This document shows, in pieces, positions 39,622-49,065 of a stretch of DNA of 64,000 nucleotides (position 1 is the stretch's first letter; each line of letters starts with the position of its first letter). Under the pieces are notes generated by a model, which searched no databases, had not been told where the DNA came from, and saw nothing but the letters and a program-made list of their open reading frames with translations. Origin of the DNA: an uncultured virus (IMG/VR IMGVR_UViG_3300044620_001996) (taxonomy: Duplodnaviria > Heunggongvirae > Uroviricota > Caudoviricetes). The position numbers were made by a program, and so were the translations under genes. The DNA is taken from IMG/VR virus record IMGVR_UViG_3300044620_001996; one strand, written 5' to 3'.

Positions 39622-40113
39622 ATGACCTTGACCCCCACCACTCTTCGCACCGATGTTTTCGTAGGCAACAAAAAGCTCAACTGCGGTTCAACTTCTAAGG
39701 CCTGTGGCAATGCTTGCATTCCCCGTGATCACCAGTGTCGCGCCTCTTGGAACAAGCCCGTCAAGCTCGCGGCTGGAGCTGCGGCTTTGACTGGCGCCGC
39801 CATCGTAGGAACTGCTTTTCTGCATCCCCGTTCCGGGATGAGGGCAGCCGCCCGCGCAGTAGTTGAGCCCGCATTGCAGGCTGGCTTTGGCGTGGGCAAC
39901 GTTGCTCGAGGCAACTGGTCTGGAGCAGCAAAAAACGCCGCTAACGTCGCAGCAACTGGTGAAGGCATGGGCCGCAACCTCAGCACCCTGGCTAAGGGCT
40001 ACGGCACCGACATCAAAGGTTTTGTCAACCGAGGCCGTAACGCCGCATCCAAGCGGCGCGACTCTGTGTACGCCGACGGTTTCTCCCCCGAGCTCGATCA
40101 ACTTGCTATCTGA
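39622..40113 (+). CDS. Modular protein: leader, Cys module, hydrophobic helix, YADGF tag
   Basis: MTLTPTTLRTD...CGNACIPRDHQC...RRDSVYADGF. Confidence 0.75.
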   Translation: MTLTPTTLRTDVFVGNKKLNCGSTSKACGNACIPRDHQCRASWNKPVKLAAGAAALTGAAIVGTAFLHPRSGMRAAARAVVEPALQAGFGVGNVARGNWSGAAKNAANVAATGEGMGRNLSTLAKGYGTDIKGFVNRGRNAASKRRDSVYADGFSPELDQLAI

Positions 40114-40116
40114 GCC

Positions 40117-40626
40117 ATGACCCTGACCCACGCCTCCCTCCGCCTCGACCTCAAATGCGGTAAAGGAGCTATCTCCGAGGGCGAAAAGTGCACTAAAGGT
40201 CCAGCAACTAAAGTTGAACCAACCTCACGTCCTAGCGCACGCAAGTGGGGAAAGGCGGGTAGTAGCCGCAACCTGCGCTTAACCTCAGAAGAGAAACAAA
40301 AACTGAGTGCTATGGGTCTGTTCCCGGCTCGTGACGCGTTAGCTCGCACTGAACTCGAGCTAGCACTCGAGGATATGCGGGGGAAACGCCGGGATGCCGG
40401 TACCACTGAGTCCCGCATGGACCCCCGCGGCACCAAAGTTGCCGCCATGGAAGCCGAGCTCGCCAAGCAAGCCGCCGCTCGCGGCCTCAAAGGTGAACGC
40501 GCCGCCGCTTACATCTACGGCACCCTCAACAAGATGGGCTACAAGAAGGGCAGCAAGACCACCCGCAAGGGCGCTGCCAAGATGAAGCGCTCTGACTCCA
40601 TCTGGGCCGCCGGTTTCGAGCCATGA
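40117..40626 (+). CDS. Modular protein: leader, Cys module, basic cargo, WAAGF tag
   Basis: MTLTHASLRLDLKCGKG...KRSDSIWAAGF. Confidence 0.75.
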   Translation: MTLTHASLRLDLKCGKGAISEGEKCTKGPATKVEPTSRPSARKWGKAGSSRNLRLTSEEKQKLSAMGLFPARDALARTELELALEDMRGKRRDAGTTESRMDPRGTKVAAMEAELAKQAAARGLKGERAAAYIYGTLNKMGYKKGSKTTRKGAAKMKRSDSIWAAGFEP

Positions 40627-41309
40627 ACCTCACCCCCGCAACGCTGCGCATCCGCGCCGACGCCCGCGGGGTCATCTTTGCTGACAAAAAGCTGCACGCC
40701 GCAGTAAAAGCAGAGGCCAAGCGCAAGTTCAAGATCTACCCGAGCGCATATGCCAACGCTTGGATGGTCCGCGAATACAAAAAGCGCGGCGGAACCTTCC
40801 GCAATGACGCCCTCGACAAGTGGTTCAAGGAAAAGTGGGTCCGCATGAGCAGCAGCGGCCGTATCCTCGGCCCCTGCGGTGACCGCACCGAGGGCGAAGG
40901 TAAGCCAAAGTGCCTACCTTCCGCCAAAGCTCTGGCCCTTTCTCCTGCGGAGCGCCGCCGGCTCGTCGCGCGCAAGCGCCGCGAAGACCCGCGCAAAGAG
41001 CGCACCGGCGCCCCTGTCATGGTGAGCTCCAAAACCGACGTCTGGGCCGCCGGTTTCGACACCGAGGACGGCAAGAAGTACACCAAGGTGGTGACCAACC
41101 CCGAAACGGGTCGCAAGAACCGCATCCGCTACGGCGCCAAGGGCTACACCATCGCCCCGGGCACCGACAAAGGCGACCGCTACTGCGCCCGCAGCTTCGG
41201 CGACATGAAATCCGAGGGCTACAACTGCGCCGGCGCTGAACGCAACACCCCGCTGTGCTTGTCGCGGGCAAAGTGGCGCTGCTCCGGCAAGACCAGCCGC
41301 CGCAGCTAA
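40623..41309 (+). CDS. Modular basic protein (PSAYAN, KWFKEKW and KKY...YGAKGY mini-domains)
   Basis: MNLTPATLRIRAD leader; internal RND and KTDVWAAGF separate short domains. Confidence 0.7.
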   Translation: MNLTPATLRIRADARGVIFADKKLHAAVKAEAKRKFKIYPSAYANAWMVREYKKRGGTFRNDALDKWFKEKWVRMSSSGRILGPCGDRTEGEGKPKCLPSAKALALSPAERRRLVARKRREDPRKERTGAPVMVSSKTDVWAAGFDTEDGKKYTKVVTNPETGRKNRIRYGAKGYTIAPGTDKGDRYCARSFGDMKSEGYNCAGAERNTPLCLSRAKWRCSGKTSRRS

Positions 41310-41344
41310 CGCCCCTAGCCTGATAGCAACAGCGCTATCTACCC

Positions 41345-42610
41345 GTGGGCCAACGCATTGTCAATAACGACCGCTACGAGCTCGAGTACGTCCGCGGCGA
41401 CGTCGAGTATCCCGTACCCGTCCTCGCTAACACCGGCACCAGTGGTGACGCCTTCGGCCGTCTCCGAACAAGCTCGCCCTTCACCATCTTCGATAGCCAG
41501 CATCGCTATCAAGAGAACGACAAATGGGACACAGCACTAAATGGCGGCGGCTCCAAGACCTACGCCGCCAACGAAAGCTGCATCAATCTCATTGTCCCCA
41601 CCACATCCGGCGCTTACGTCTACCGCGAAACCAAACGCGTCTTCCCTTACCAGCCCGGTAAATCGATGCTGGTGATGACGTCCTTTGCTTTCGCCGCGCC
41701 TCGAACCAACCTGCGCCAACGCATCGGCTACTTCGGCACCCAGAACGGTATCTATCTCGAGAGCGATGGCACCGCGACCTACCTCGTTCGCCGCAGCTAC
41801 GTCACCGGCAGCGTCGTTAATACCCGCATAGCCCAGGCCGACTGGAACAACGACAAATTCGATGGCACCGGCCTTTCCGGCCGCACTCTCGACCTATCCA
41901 AAACCCAGATCTTCTGGATCGACATCGAGTGGCTCGGTGTCGGCGACGTCCGCTGCGGCTTCATCGTCGATGGCCGCATGGTCATCGCTCACACCTTCCA
42001 CGGCGACAACATCAATACCACCAGCTACATGACCACCGCGATCCTCCCCCTACGCCAGGAGATCGAGAACACAGGAACTATTGCGACCTCAGCTACCGCA
42101 AAGCAGATCTGCAACACCGTCGCCTCCGAGGGCGGATACGAAGGCTTCAGCCGCCGCTACAACATCGCCACCGGCTCCACCGCAGTCACACTCGCCACTG
42201 CCGGCACGATCTACCCCGTACTGGCGCTGCGCTTAAACAGCACCCGTTTAGATAGTGTAGTTGTTCCATCCAACTTAAACGCGGCTGTCGAACAGACGAC
42301 AAATAACAAGCTAGACATTGTCCAGTACCATGTTTTGCTTAACCCCACAATCACAGGAGGCACCTGGTCCACTCACGTCAATAACAACGTCCAATACAAC
42401 ACCACAATCACCAGCTTCACCGGTGGTACCGAGATCGCAGGAGGCTATCTCACAAGCTCTTCTTCACTAGACCTCGGCAGCATCACTGACTTCAATTTCC
42501 AGCTCGGTCGCACCCTCGCTGGCGTAAGCGACGTACTACTGATCGCCGCTACTCCCACCCACAACGCCTCCAAGCTATTCCTCGACCTCGCGTGGTTCGA
42601 GATCGTCTAG
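41345..42610 (+). CDS. Virion structural protein (beta-rich)
   Basis: DAFGRLRTS..TIFDS, YQPGKS, EWLGVG; located in the head module. Confidence 0.65.
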   Translation: MGQRIVNNDRYELEYVRGDVEYPVPVLANTGTSGDAFGRLRTSSPFTIFDSQHRYQENDKWDTALNGGGSKTYAANESCINLIVPTTSGAYVYRETKRVFPYQPGKSMLVMTSFAFAAPRTNLRQRIGYFGTQNGIYLESDGTATYLVRRSYVTGSVVNTRIAQADWNNDKFDGTGLSGRTLDLSKTQIFWIDIEWLGVGDVRCGFIVDGRMVIAHTFHGDNINTTSYMTTAILPLRQEIENTGTIATSATAKQICNTVASEGGYEGFSRRYNIATGSTAVTLATAGTIYPVLALRLNSTRLDSVVVPSNLNAAVEQTTNNKLDIVQYHVLLNPTITGGTWSTHVNNNVQYNTTITSFTGGTEIAGGYLTSSSSLDLGSITDFNFQLGRTLAGVSDVLLIAATPTHNASKLFLDLAWFEIV

Positions 42611-42822
42611 ATATCTTTTACTAATTCCTGCAACCTAACATCGTAGATCTCGCTCAAAGCTATCAGCTTCATAACTGACACCTCTATCTCTCCTTTCTCC
42701 AACCGCGAATATGCAGCTTGGCTAACGCCTAACCTCTCTGCAACTTCAAACTGCGTAAACTTATGGTATTCCCGTAGTGCCCTGATACGCCGACACAACG
42801 TCAACTGCCTATGAATCGCCAA
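42607..42822 (-). CDS. XRE-family HTH regulator
   Basis: RIRALRE...TQFEVAERLGVSQAAYSRLEKG; start uncertain. Confidence 0.8.
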   Translation of the reverse strand: MAIHRQLTLCRRIRALREYHKFTQFEVAERLGVSQAAYSRLEKGEIEVSVMKLIALSEIYDVRLQELVKDI

Positions 42823-42884
42823 GTGCTGTAACCGCTCTGTGCATAAAGCTAAGCAAACGCACAAGAACCGGTAAGCTCTTAAGC

Positions 42885-44165
42885 ATGGAAACATCAGTGT
42901 CCAGGTACGACTTCGCTCCCATCACGGGCAGCGAAACCACCCCCGAGGGCTACCTCCGGGTTTGGTGTCGCGCCGCCCGCTCGGGTACGCAGCTCTACCG
43001 CCGGTCTGATGGCTCCCAAGTCCGCGAATACCGACCCCCTGAGGAGGTCAGTAACCCGGACTCCCTCTCCACGTTCGGCATGAAACCCGCAACGTGGGGT
43101 CACCCACCGGTTCTTCTCGACTCCGCCAACACCAAGCAGTACCAAGTCGGCTACTCCGGTAGCCAAGTTCGGTACAACGACGGTTTTGTCGAAGTCGCAC
43201 TCGTTGTCACCGACGCCGATGCCATCGAGAAGATCAAGCGCAAGGATGCCACCGAGGTATCTGCCGGCTACAAGGTCGACTTTGACCCCACCCCCGGAAT
43301 CACCCCCGAGGGCGAAGAGTACGCCGGCGTCCAGCGCAACATCCGGGTGAACCACATCGCCATTGTCCCCCGCGGCCGGGCTGGCCCGGAGGTACGACTC
43401 TTGCTCGATCGAATGGATGCAGCTGATGCTGTAGCCGCCTTCCCCGAGCACGAAATGGCGCCCCAGTCCAGTTCAACTGCATCTCCCGTTATGGCAACCG
43501 TCAAACTCGACGGCCTGGAGATCGATCTGCCCGCAGAAGCAGCCAGCGCGGTCCAGTCCTACTCCCGGGACATGGGGCGCCAACTGCAAGCACTCACCAC
43601 CGAGCGCGACGAGCTTGCCACCAAGCTCGACACTCTGCAGGCCGACTTCGACGCTCTGGCCTACGACAAAGAGGCCGCTGAAGGTCGTGCCGATGCACTC
43701 GAGGAGCAGCTCGCTGCCTCCGGCGACGCCCGCATCGACACCGCCGAGCTCGACCAGCTCGTCGCTGAGCGCCTCGCAACCCTGCAACGCCTCGCCCCCG
43801 CGTTCACCGAGGACTTCAAGTTCGACGGTATCGACGACGCCTCCCTGTACGTACAGGCTTTCGAGAACCTCACCGGCTCCGCACCCCGCGACGACGCCGA
43901 ACCCGCCTACATCCAGGGCGTGGTTGAAGGCATCCTCGCCGCCCGTGCTGACGCCGAAGGCGACGAAGATGGCGACCCCGAGGACGACGACTCCGAGGAT
44001 GCCGACGGCGAAACCAAAGAGGACGCCGATTCCGATCGCGCCGACAGCACCGCCACCCTGCGTGACGCGCTGAAAGGTGCCGGCCGCTCCACCGACAGCC
44101 CCATCGCTGCCTATCGCAGCAAGGTGACTGACGCTTGGAAACGTCCCCTCACCGCTACCAAGTAA
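42885..44165 (+). CDS. Prohead protease-scaffold (DUF2213 family)
   Basis: TPEGYL, RPPEEV, GHPP, EVSAGY, QRNI.VNHIAIV.RGRAG; acidic coiled-coil C-terminal half. Confidence 0.85.
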   Translation: METSVSRYDFAPITGSETTPEGYLRVWCRAARSGTQLYRRSDGSQVREYRPPEEVSNPDSLSTFGMKPATWGHPPVLLDSANTKQYQVGYSGSQVRYNDGFVEVALVVTDADAIEKIKRKDATEVSAGYKVDFDPTPGITPEGEEYAGVQRNIRVNHIAIVPRGRAGPEVRLLLDRMDAADAVAAFPEHEMAPQSSSTASPVMATVKLDGLEIDLPAEAASAVQSYSRDMGRQLQALTTERDELATKLDTLQADFDALAYDKEAAEGRADALEEQLAASGDARIDTAELDQLVAERLATLQRLAPAFTEDFKFDGIDDASLYVQAFENLTGSAPRDDAEPAYIQGVVEGILAARADAEGDEDGDPEDDDSEDADGETKEDADSDRADSTATLRDALKGAGRSTDSPIAAYRSKVTDAWKRPLTATK

Positions 44166-44178
44166 GGAGTTCCTTCCA

Positions 44179-44799
44179 ATGGCCGTATCTTTCACCCCTA
44201 CTGTCGTCAGCAACCCGACCGGCGCTCAAGGCAGCTACCCCCTGGAGCTGACCGTGGGCCACGAGGGCATGATCGCTGACCTGCAGGCCTATGTGTCCCG
44301 CAGCTACTACAACCAGTCCGGCGTTGCCATCCCCTTCGGCTCGCTGGTCGCCATCGATAACGACCCCACCAGCAACGATCCCTTTGCTGTGCTGCTGGCA
44401 ACCAGCGGTACCGGTGTCGTGGGTCTGTCCGTTGACGGTCTGACCTTCGAGGGCGTTGGCGGCAGCTCTGCCTACACCCCCAACCCCACCAACGTCATCG
44501 GTGACGGCTCCCTTCGCGTGGGCTACCCGAATGGCCAGACCATGAACGTCGTCTCCAAAGGCGTCGTCTGGGTCTACAGCACCGCCGCCATCGCCCTCGG
44601 TGATGCTGTGCGTTTCTTCGGCGTCGACCACTCGTCCACCGTCACCGGTGCTTTCGTGGGTCGCTTCACCAAGACCGCCGTGGCCAACAAGACCTTCGCC
44701 ATGACTGGCGGGGCTCGCTGGCTGTCTGAAACCAGCGGCGCCGGCCTGGTCCTCCTCGAGATTGACATCCCGGGGATCACCTTCACCGCCGACACCTGA
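44179..44799 (+). CDS. Head decoration/cement protein
   Basis: IPFG...V.KGVVWV; lies between protease and capsid. Confidence 0.7.
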   Translation: MAVSFTPTVVSNPTGAQGSYPLELTVGHEGMIADLQAYVSRSYYNQSGVAIPFGSLVAIDNDPTSNDPFAVLLATSGTGVVGLSVDGLTFEGVGGSSAYTPNPTNVIGDGSLRVGYPNGQTMNVVSKGVVWVYSTAAIALGDAVRFFGVDHSSTVTGAFVGRFTKTAVANKTFAMTGGARWLSETSGAGLVLLEIDIPGITFTADT

Positions 44800-44816
44800 T
44801 CCCGGAGCCCCATCCC

Positions 44817-45734
44817 ATGACCACCGACATCCGTAACGACTCGGTCGGCCTCTTTCTTGCTCGCGAGCTGGAGTCCATCCTCGCTCGCGCCTTCGAGGTT
44901 GAGTACGCCGACATCAAGTACAGCACCGTCATCCCCGTCTCCTCCGAGGTCGGTAACGGCGCTGATTCCTTCACCTATCGCGTCTTCGACAAGCAAGGCT
45001 CGATGAAGGTCATTGGCGACAAAGCCCAAGACCTGCCCCGTGCTGACGTCCTCCGCAAGGAAGTGACCCACCCGGTCCGCAGCCTCGGTGCTTCCTTCGC
45101 CTACACCGTCCAGGAAACCCGTGCCGCCTCCATGGTGCCCGGCATGAACCTGGAGCAGCGCCGCGCTAACGCCGTGCGCCGCGCCTACGAGGAGAAAGTG
45201 CAGGAGATCGCCTACTTCGGCGATGCCCCCTCCGGCATGAAGGGCTTCTTCAACAACAATCAGGTGGACAAGCTGGTGCCGGACCACTGGTTCGACACCG
45301 TGGACATCACCACCGACGAGATGCTGCAGCTGCTCAACGAGCCCGCCACGCGGATCGTGCAGAACAGCAACATGAAGGAGATGCCCAACACGATGCTGGT
45401 GCCCTACAACGTGTACCGCATCATCTCCACCACCCCGCGCAGCACCACCTCCGACACCACGGTGATGGAGTTCTTCCTGCGCACCAACCCGATGATCACC
45501 GCGATCGAGCCCATCAACGAGCTCGAAGCCTCCAAGTCTGGTGGTGTCCTGTCCAAGGACCGCGTGATCTGCTACGACCGCAGCCCCGACAAGCTGCAGC
45601 TGCACATCCCGCAGCCCCTCGAGTTCTTCCCGCCCGTGCGCGCCGAGCTCGAGTTCTCCGTCGCCGCTCACGCTCGCATCGGCGGCCTCGCGCTCTACTA
45701 CCCCAAGAGCGCCATCGTGCTCGAGAAAGCCTGA
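44817..45734 (+). CDS. Major capsid protein (DUF2184/encapsulin-like HK97 fold)
   Basis: FLARELE, DLPRAD, A.RAYEE....AYFGD...GFFN, PNTMLVP, GGL..YYP; very strong codon bias. Confidence 0.88.
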   Translation: MTTDIRNDSVGLFLARELESILARAFEVEYADIKYSTVIPVSSEVGNGADSFTYRVFDKQGSMKVIGDKAQDLPRADVLRKEVTHPVRSLGASFAYTVQETRAASMVPGMNLEQRRANAVRRAYEEKVQEIAYFGDAPSGMKGFFNNNQVDKLVPDHWFDTVDITTDEMLQLLNEPATRIVQNSNMKEMPNTMLVPYNVYRIISTTPRSTTSDTTVMEFFLRTNPMITAIEPINELEASKSGGVLSKDRVICYDRSPDKLQLHIPQPLEFFPPVRAELEFSVAAHARIGGLALYYPKSAIVLEKA

Positions 45735-45779
45735 TCCAGGCTGCGCGCTTGCTTTGTTGGCTCTTTCACCTTTCTGATC

Positions 45780-47742
45780 ATGATCCTCGTCTATCGCCCC
45801 GAACTCGAAAGTCCTCCAATGGACCCCGAGTGCACGATTGGCTTCTCCTTTGTCCAACACACAGGACAACCGGAAAGCATCCAGGTGAAGTCCGGTGTCA
45901 ACCGCGGCTTCCCCGAGAAAGTGTGGGAGCAGATCAAGGACTACGACGTCGTCAAGAACATGCTGAAACTCGGCGCCCTGCGCGTCGAAGAGGATCAGGC
46001 CTTCGTGTCCGATCCTGCAGCAGCCGCTGACGTGGACTCCATCGCAGACATGCCTGTCACGCAGGCACTCCGTCTCGTGGAGGACAGCTTCGATGTCGCC
46101 CAGCTCCAACGTTGGGAGTCAGGTGAGCAGCGGATCCGCATCCGCAACGCCATCAGCAAGCGCATCTCTGCCATCACAGAGGGTAACGGCTAATGGCTGT
46201 CCCCACCTCCAGTGAGTTCCTTACCCGCTTCCCCGAGTTCGGCGAGCTTTCGCTCCCCGTAGTCCAGAGCGCCCTCACGGAGGCTGGCCGTTCCACCCCT
46301 GCGGCCAACTGGGGCACCGTTCACACCGAGGCCGTCAGCAATCTGGCGGCTCACATCCTCTCCACCCGTGTCATGCAGATCGGCCTTCAGGTCGGTAGTC
46401 AGGCAGGCCAGCCCCTCGGCACCGGTCTGACCGCCAGCTTGTACGGCCAGGAGTACGAACGCCTCAAAGGCAACCTCGCTCTTTCTGGATTCGCGCTGTA
46501 GTCATGGCTATCTCCGCCGCCACGATCGCCAGCTACGCCCCCTGGGGCAATGCCCAGCTGGCATTCGAGGTTGGCGGAACCACCCTCACTACGGACGCCA
46601 GCACGGGCAACACGGTGCAAACCGTCGAGACCGTCGAATACCTGGCTGCGCTCAAACTCGAGGCCCCCTCGTGGGATGGCCAACCAGGAGCCGACAACTC
46701 GAGCTACCGCTGCAGCGGGCGCCTGCTCAGCCCTGATCGCCTGGACCTTCGGATTACCAACGGCAGCCAAGCGGAAGCCATCATCAATGGCTACCGCGGT
46801 CGTTTCGAGCTCGTTTTCGATCTCGATATGGACGCCGCTGCCTACCAGGACATCCGCCAGTCCATCCAAGGCACGTTCCGTGTCATCGGAGGCTTCATCG
46901 ATGGCTAGACGCCCACTCGACGCACAGCTCCGCGCTGCCACCGCCCAGGCGACCCGGCAGCTTGCCACTTGGCTCGACACCCGCTTCACCGCGGAGATCT
47001 CGTCGGCCAAATGGGACTACCCCACACCTCCGAAGGTGCGGGACATCGTGGATACCGGCCGCCTCCGTGCCAGCCAGACTCGATCCGTCAACGCTGATGG
47101 GTCAGTCACCTTCACCTGGCCGGTGGAATATGCCGCCCAGGTCCACGAGGGCGGAGTTGCCATCACCGGCCTCCGCTTCCCCGGCCGACCTTGGACTAAG
47201 GCTCCTCTTGAAGAAGCACAAGCCCAGTTCGACCGCTTCCTGCGCAACGCTCTCCGCGCTGAGCAGTCATGACGATCTCAACCAGCTGCCCCGAGGTGCG
47301 CTCCCTGCGCACCACCATCGAGCGCTACATCCTCGATCTCTACGAGGTCGATGGCACCACGCTCAAGTCGCAAGCCAGCTGGCCCGGCTACTACACCTTG
47401 CCCAACAACACCCGCATCCCTGCGGTCTACGTCGTCGGCGAGGCCATGGTTCCCTCCAACTGGGCTGTAACCGGAATCGAGTGCACCATCACTGATGTAC
47501 CCGAGATCGTCTCTCCTGGCTCCGTCGGAGCCATCCTGTCCTTCGAGCGCTGGCCTGTTCGTTTCACGAACTACGGCACCCGCAAGGGCACTCGCATGCC
47601 GATCTCTCTGCTGGACATCAGCAGGCGTTTGGCACGCACCTTCCCCCGGGATAGTGCTACGCACACTCCCCGGACCGAGGCCACATACGAGGCCTTGACG
47701 GTGTCCATCTTGGGCCCCGTTCTGAACCCCCCGATCCCATAA
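45780..47742 (+). CDS. Neck genes: 45780-46193, 46193-46501 (DUF4054-like adaptor), 46504-46908, 46901-47272 (HK97 gp10-like), 47269-47742 (tail terminator-like)
   Basis: FLTRFPEF...YGQEY; RDIVDTGRLRAS...RPW; position between capsid and tail tube. Confidence 0.65.
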
Positions 47743-47754
47743 GGAGTCCCAACC

Positions 47755-48765
47755 ATGGCCGACTACGCCATCGGGCTGTCGTTCCACAAGGCTCACCGGA
47801 CCCTAGTCCGTGCCGTGGACCTCACCCCTCCCTGCCGCTACTTCGCAACCCGCGACACCGCCGGCATGGTCACCCTGCCCACTCTCGACGCCGGTTCCCG
47901 CTACGTCGAGATCCAAGGTGTCAGCAACACCACCTTCGCCATCAACGACAACAACCAGGAGTTCCGCCTTCTGGGTGACGACGGTTGGGGTGACTCGGTG
48001 ATCACCGGCTCCAGCGTTCAGGCCTCTGTGACTGCCTACTTCCTGAAGGACACAGGCATCCCGGCCGGCCAGAACTGCCCCGTGTTCCGCGGCAACTACG
48101 AAGAGGGCTTTTCTCTTATCGAGAAAGCGCGGTACAACAAGGACTACGAGCTCTACATCGAGTTTCTTAAAGAGCTCGGTCAGGCCAACGGTACTAGCGG
48201 CAACTACATCTACGACTTCACAGGCTTCAACGCCGTCGTGATGAACTACAACGAGAACCTCACCGCAGAGGGTCTCACCGAGGTCTCCTTCGACCTGATG
48301 TCCCGCGGTCGCCCCGTATTCGGCCGCTACGACGCTGGTGCTACCCCCCTGGCCTTCGGTGGCGTGCAGTCGAGCCTGCTGTTCACCTCTGCTACCTCCG
48401 GCACCCGCCGGTATGCGGTTGTGCCGGCTAACAACGCTGACGAGATTGCAGTAGGCGACAACCTCACTGTCACCTACACCAGCGATGGCAGCACTGCGCT
48501 GACCCAGCTCTCCCTGGGCCAGACCAACGGCAGCGGCTTCCGCCTCGAAGTCGCCTCCAGCGGCACTCTTGTCCCTGCTGTCGTATCCCTGGCCAGCAAC
48601 GTCGTCACTATCAACCCCTCTGCCAATCTGGCGGCTGACACCATCTACCGCCTCCGCGTGGCTGACGGTGCCATCAGACAGGCCCTCGACAACAGCGGTA
48701 ACCCCTCTGCTACCGGTGTTCTGTTCCCCCTCCAAGGTTTCGAGACCCTCTTCCGTACGGCCTAA
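47755..48765 (+). CDS. Major tail tube protein with C-terminal Ig-like domain
   Basis: Position; strong codon bias; VTINPSANLAADTIYRLRV (Big-like). Confidence 0.75.
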   Translation: MADYAIGLSFHKAHRTLVRAVDLTPPCRYFATRDTAGMVTLPTLDAGSRYVEIQGVSNTTFAINDNNQEFRLLGDDGWGDSVITGSSVQASVTAYFLKDTGIPAGQNCPVFRGNYEEGFSLIEKARYNKDYELYIEFLKELGQANGTSGNYIYDFTGFNAVVMNYNENLTAEGLTEVSFDLMSRGRPVFGRYDAGATPLAFGGVQSSLLFTSATSGTRRYAVVPANNADEIAVGDNLTVTYTSDGSTALTQLSLGQTNGSGFRLEVASSGTLVPAVVSLASNVVTINPSANLAADTIYRLRVADGAIRQALDNSGNPSATGVLFPLQGFETLFRTA

Positions 48766-48794
48766 GGGTCAGACTGAGCTCGAGCCAACTACTC

Positions 48795-48819
48795 AGCCCC
48801 GCCACCGCGGGGCTTTTTT
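48795..48819 (+). terminator. Intrinsic terminator
   Basis: AGCCCCGC-CACC-GCGGGGCT followed by TTTTT. Confidence 0.8.
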
Positions 48820-48831
48820 GTACCTACAGCA

Positions 48832-49065
48832 ATGCAACACGACCTCTTAATGGACGCAGCCCACATGGTGTATGCAGTGAACTGCCAAGTACAAGGCGAC
48901 ACCCTTCACTGCGGCGCCTTGTACCTGGAGCCCCTGATCCCGTTCAAATCTATACGCTTAGCGTATGAGGCTGCTAGCGTGATGGTTGAACTACCTGACG
49001 AGCTCGTAAACCAAGTTGAGCCTTTCAGGTCTTGGTCCATCGATCTCCCCATCGCTGATGTCTAA
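48832..49065 (+). CDS. Hypothetical protein
   Basis: 77-aa ORF overlapping the chaperone start. Confidence 0.5.
   Translation: MQHDLLMDAAHMVYAVNCQVQGDTLHCGALYLEPLIPFKSIRLAYEAASVMVELPDELVNQVEPFRSWSIDLPIADV

Noticed and set aside
43473..48735. Long minus-strand ORFs (43473-44213, 44574-46109, 47803-48735; also 21262-22530)
   Set aside because: Antisense shadows of strongly C-ending plus-strand genes; V/G/E-rich with no motifs.
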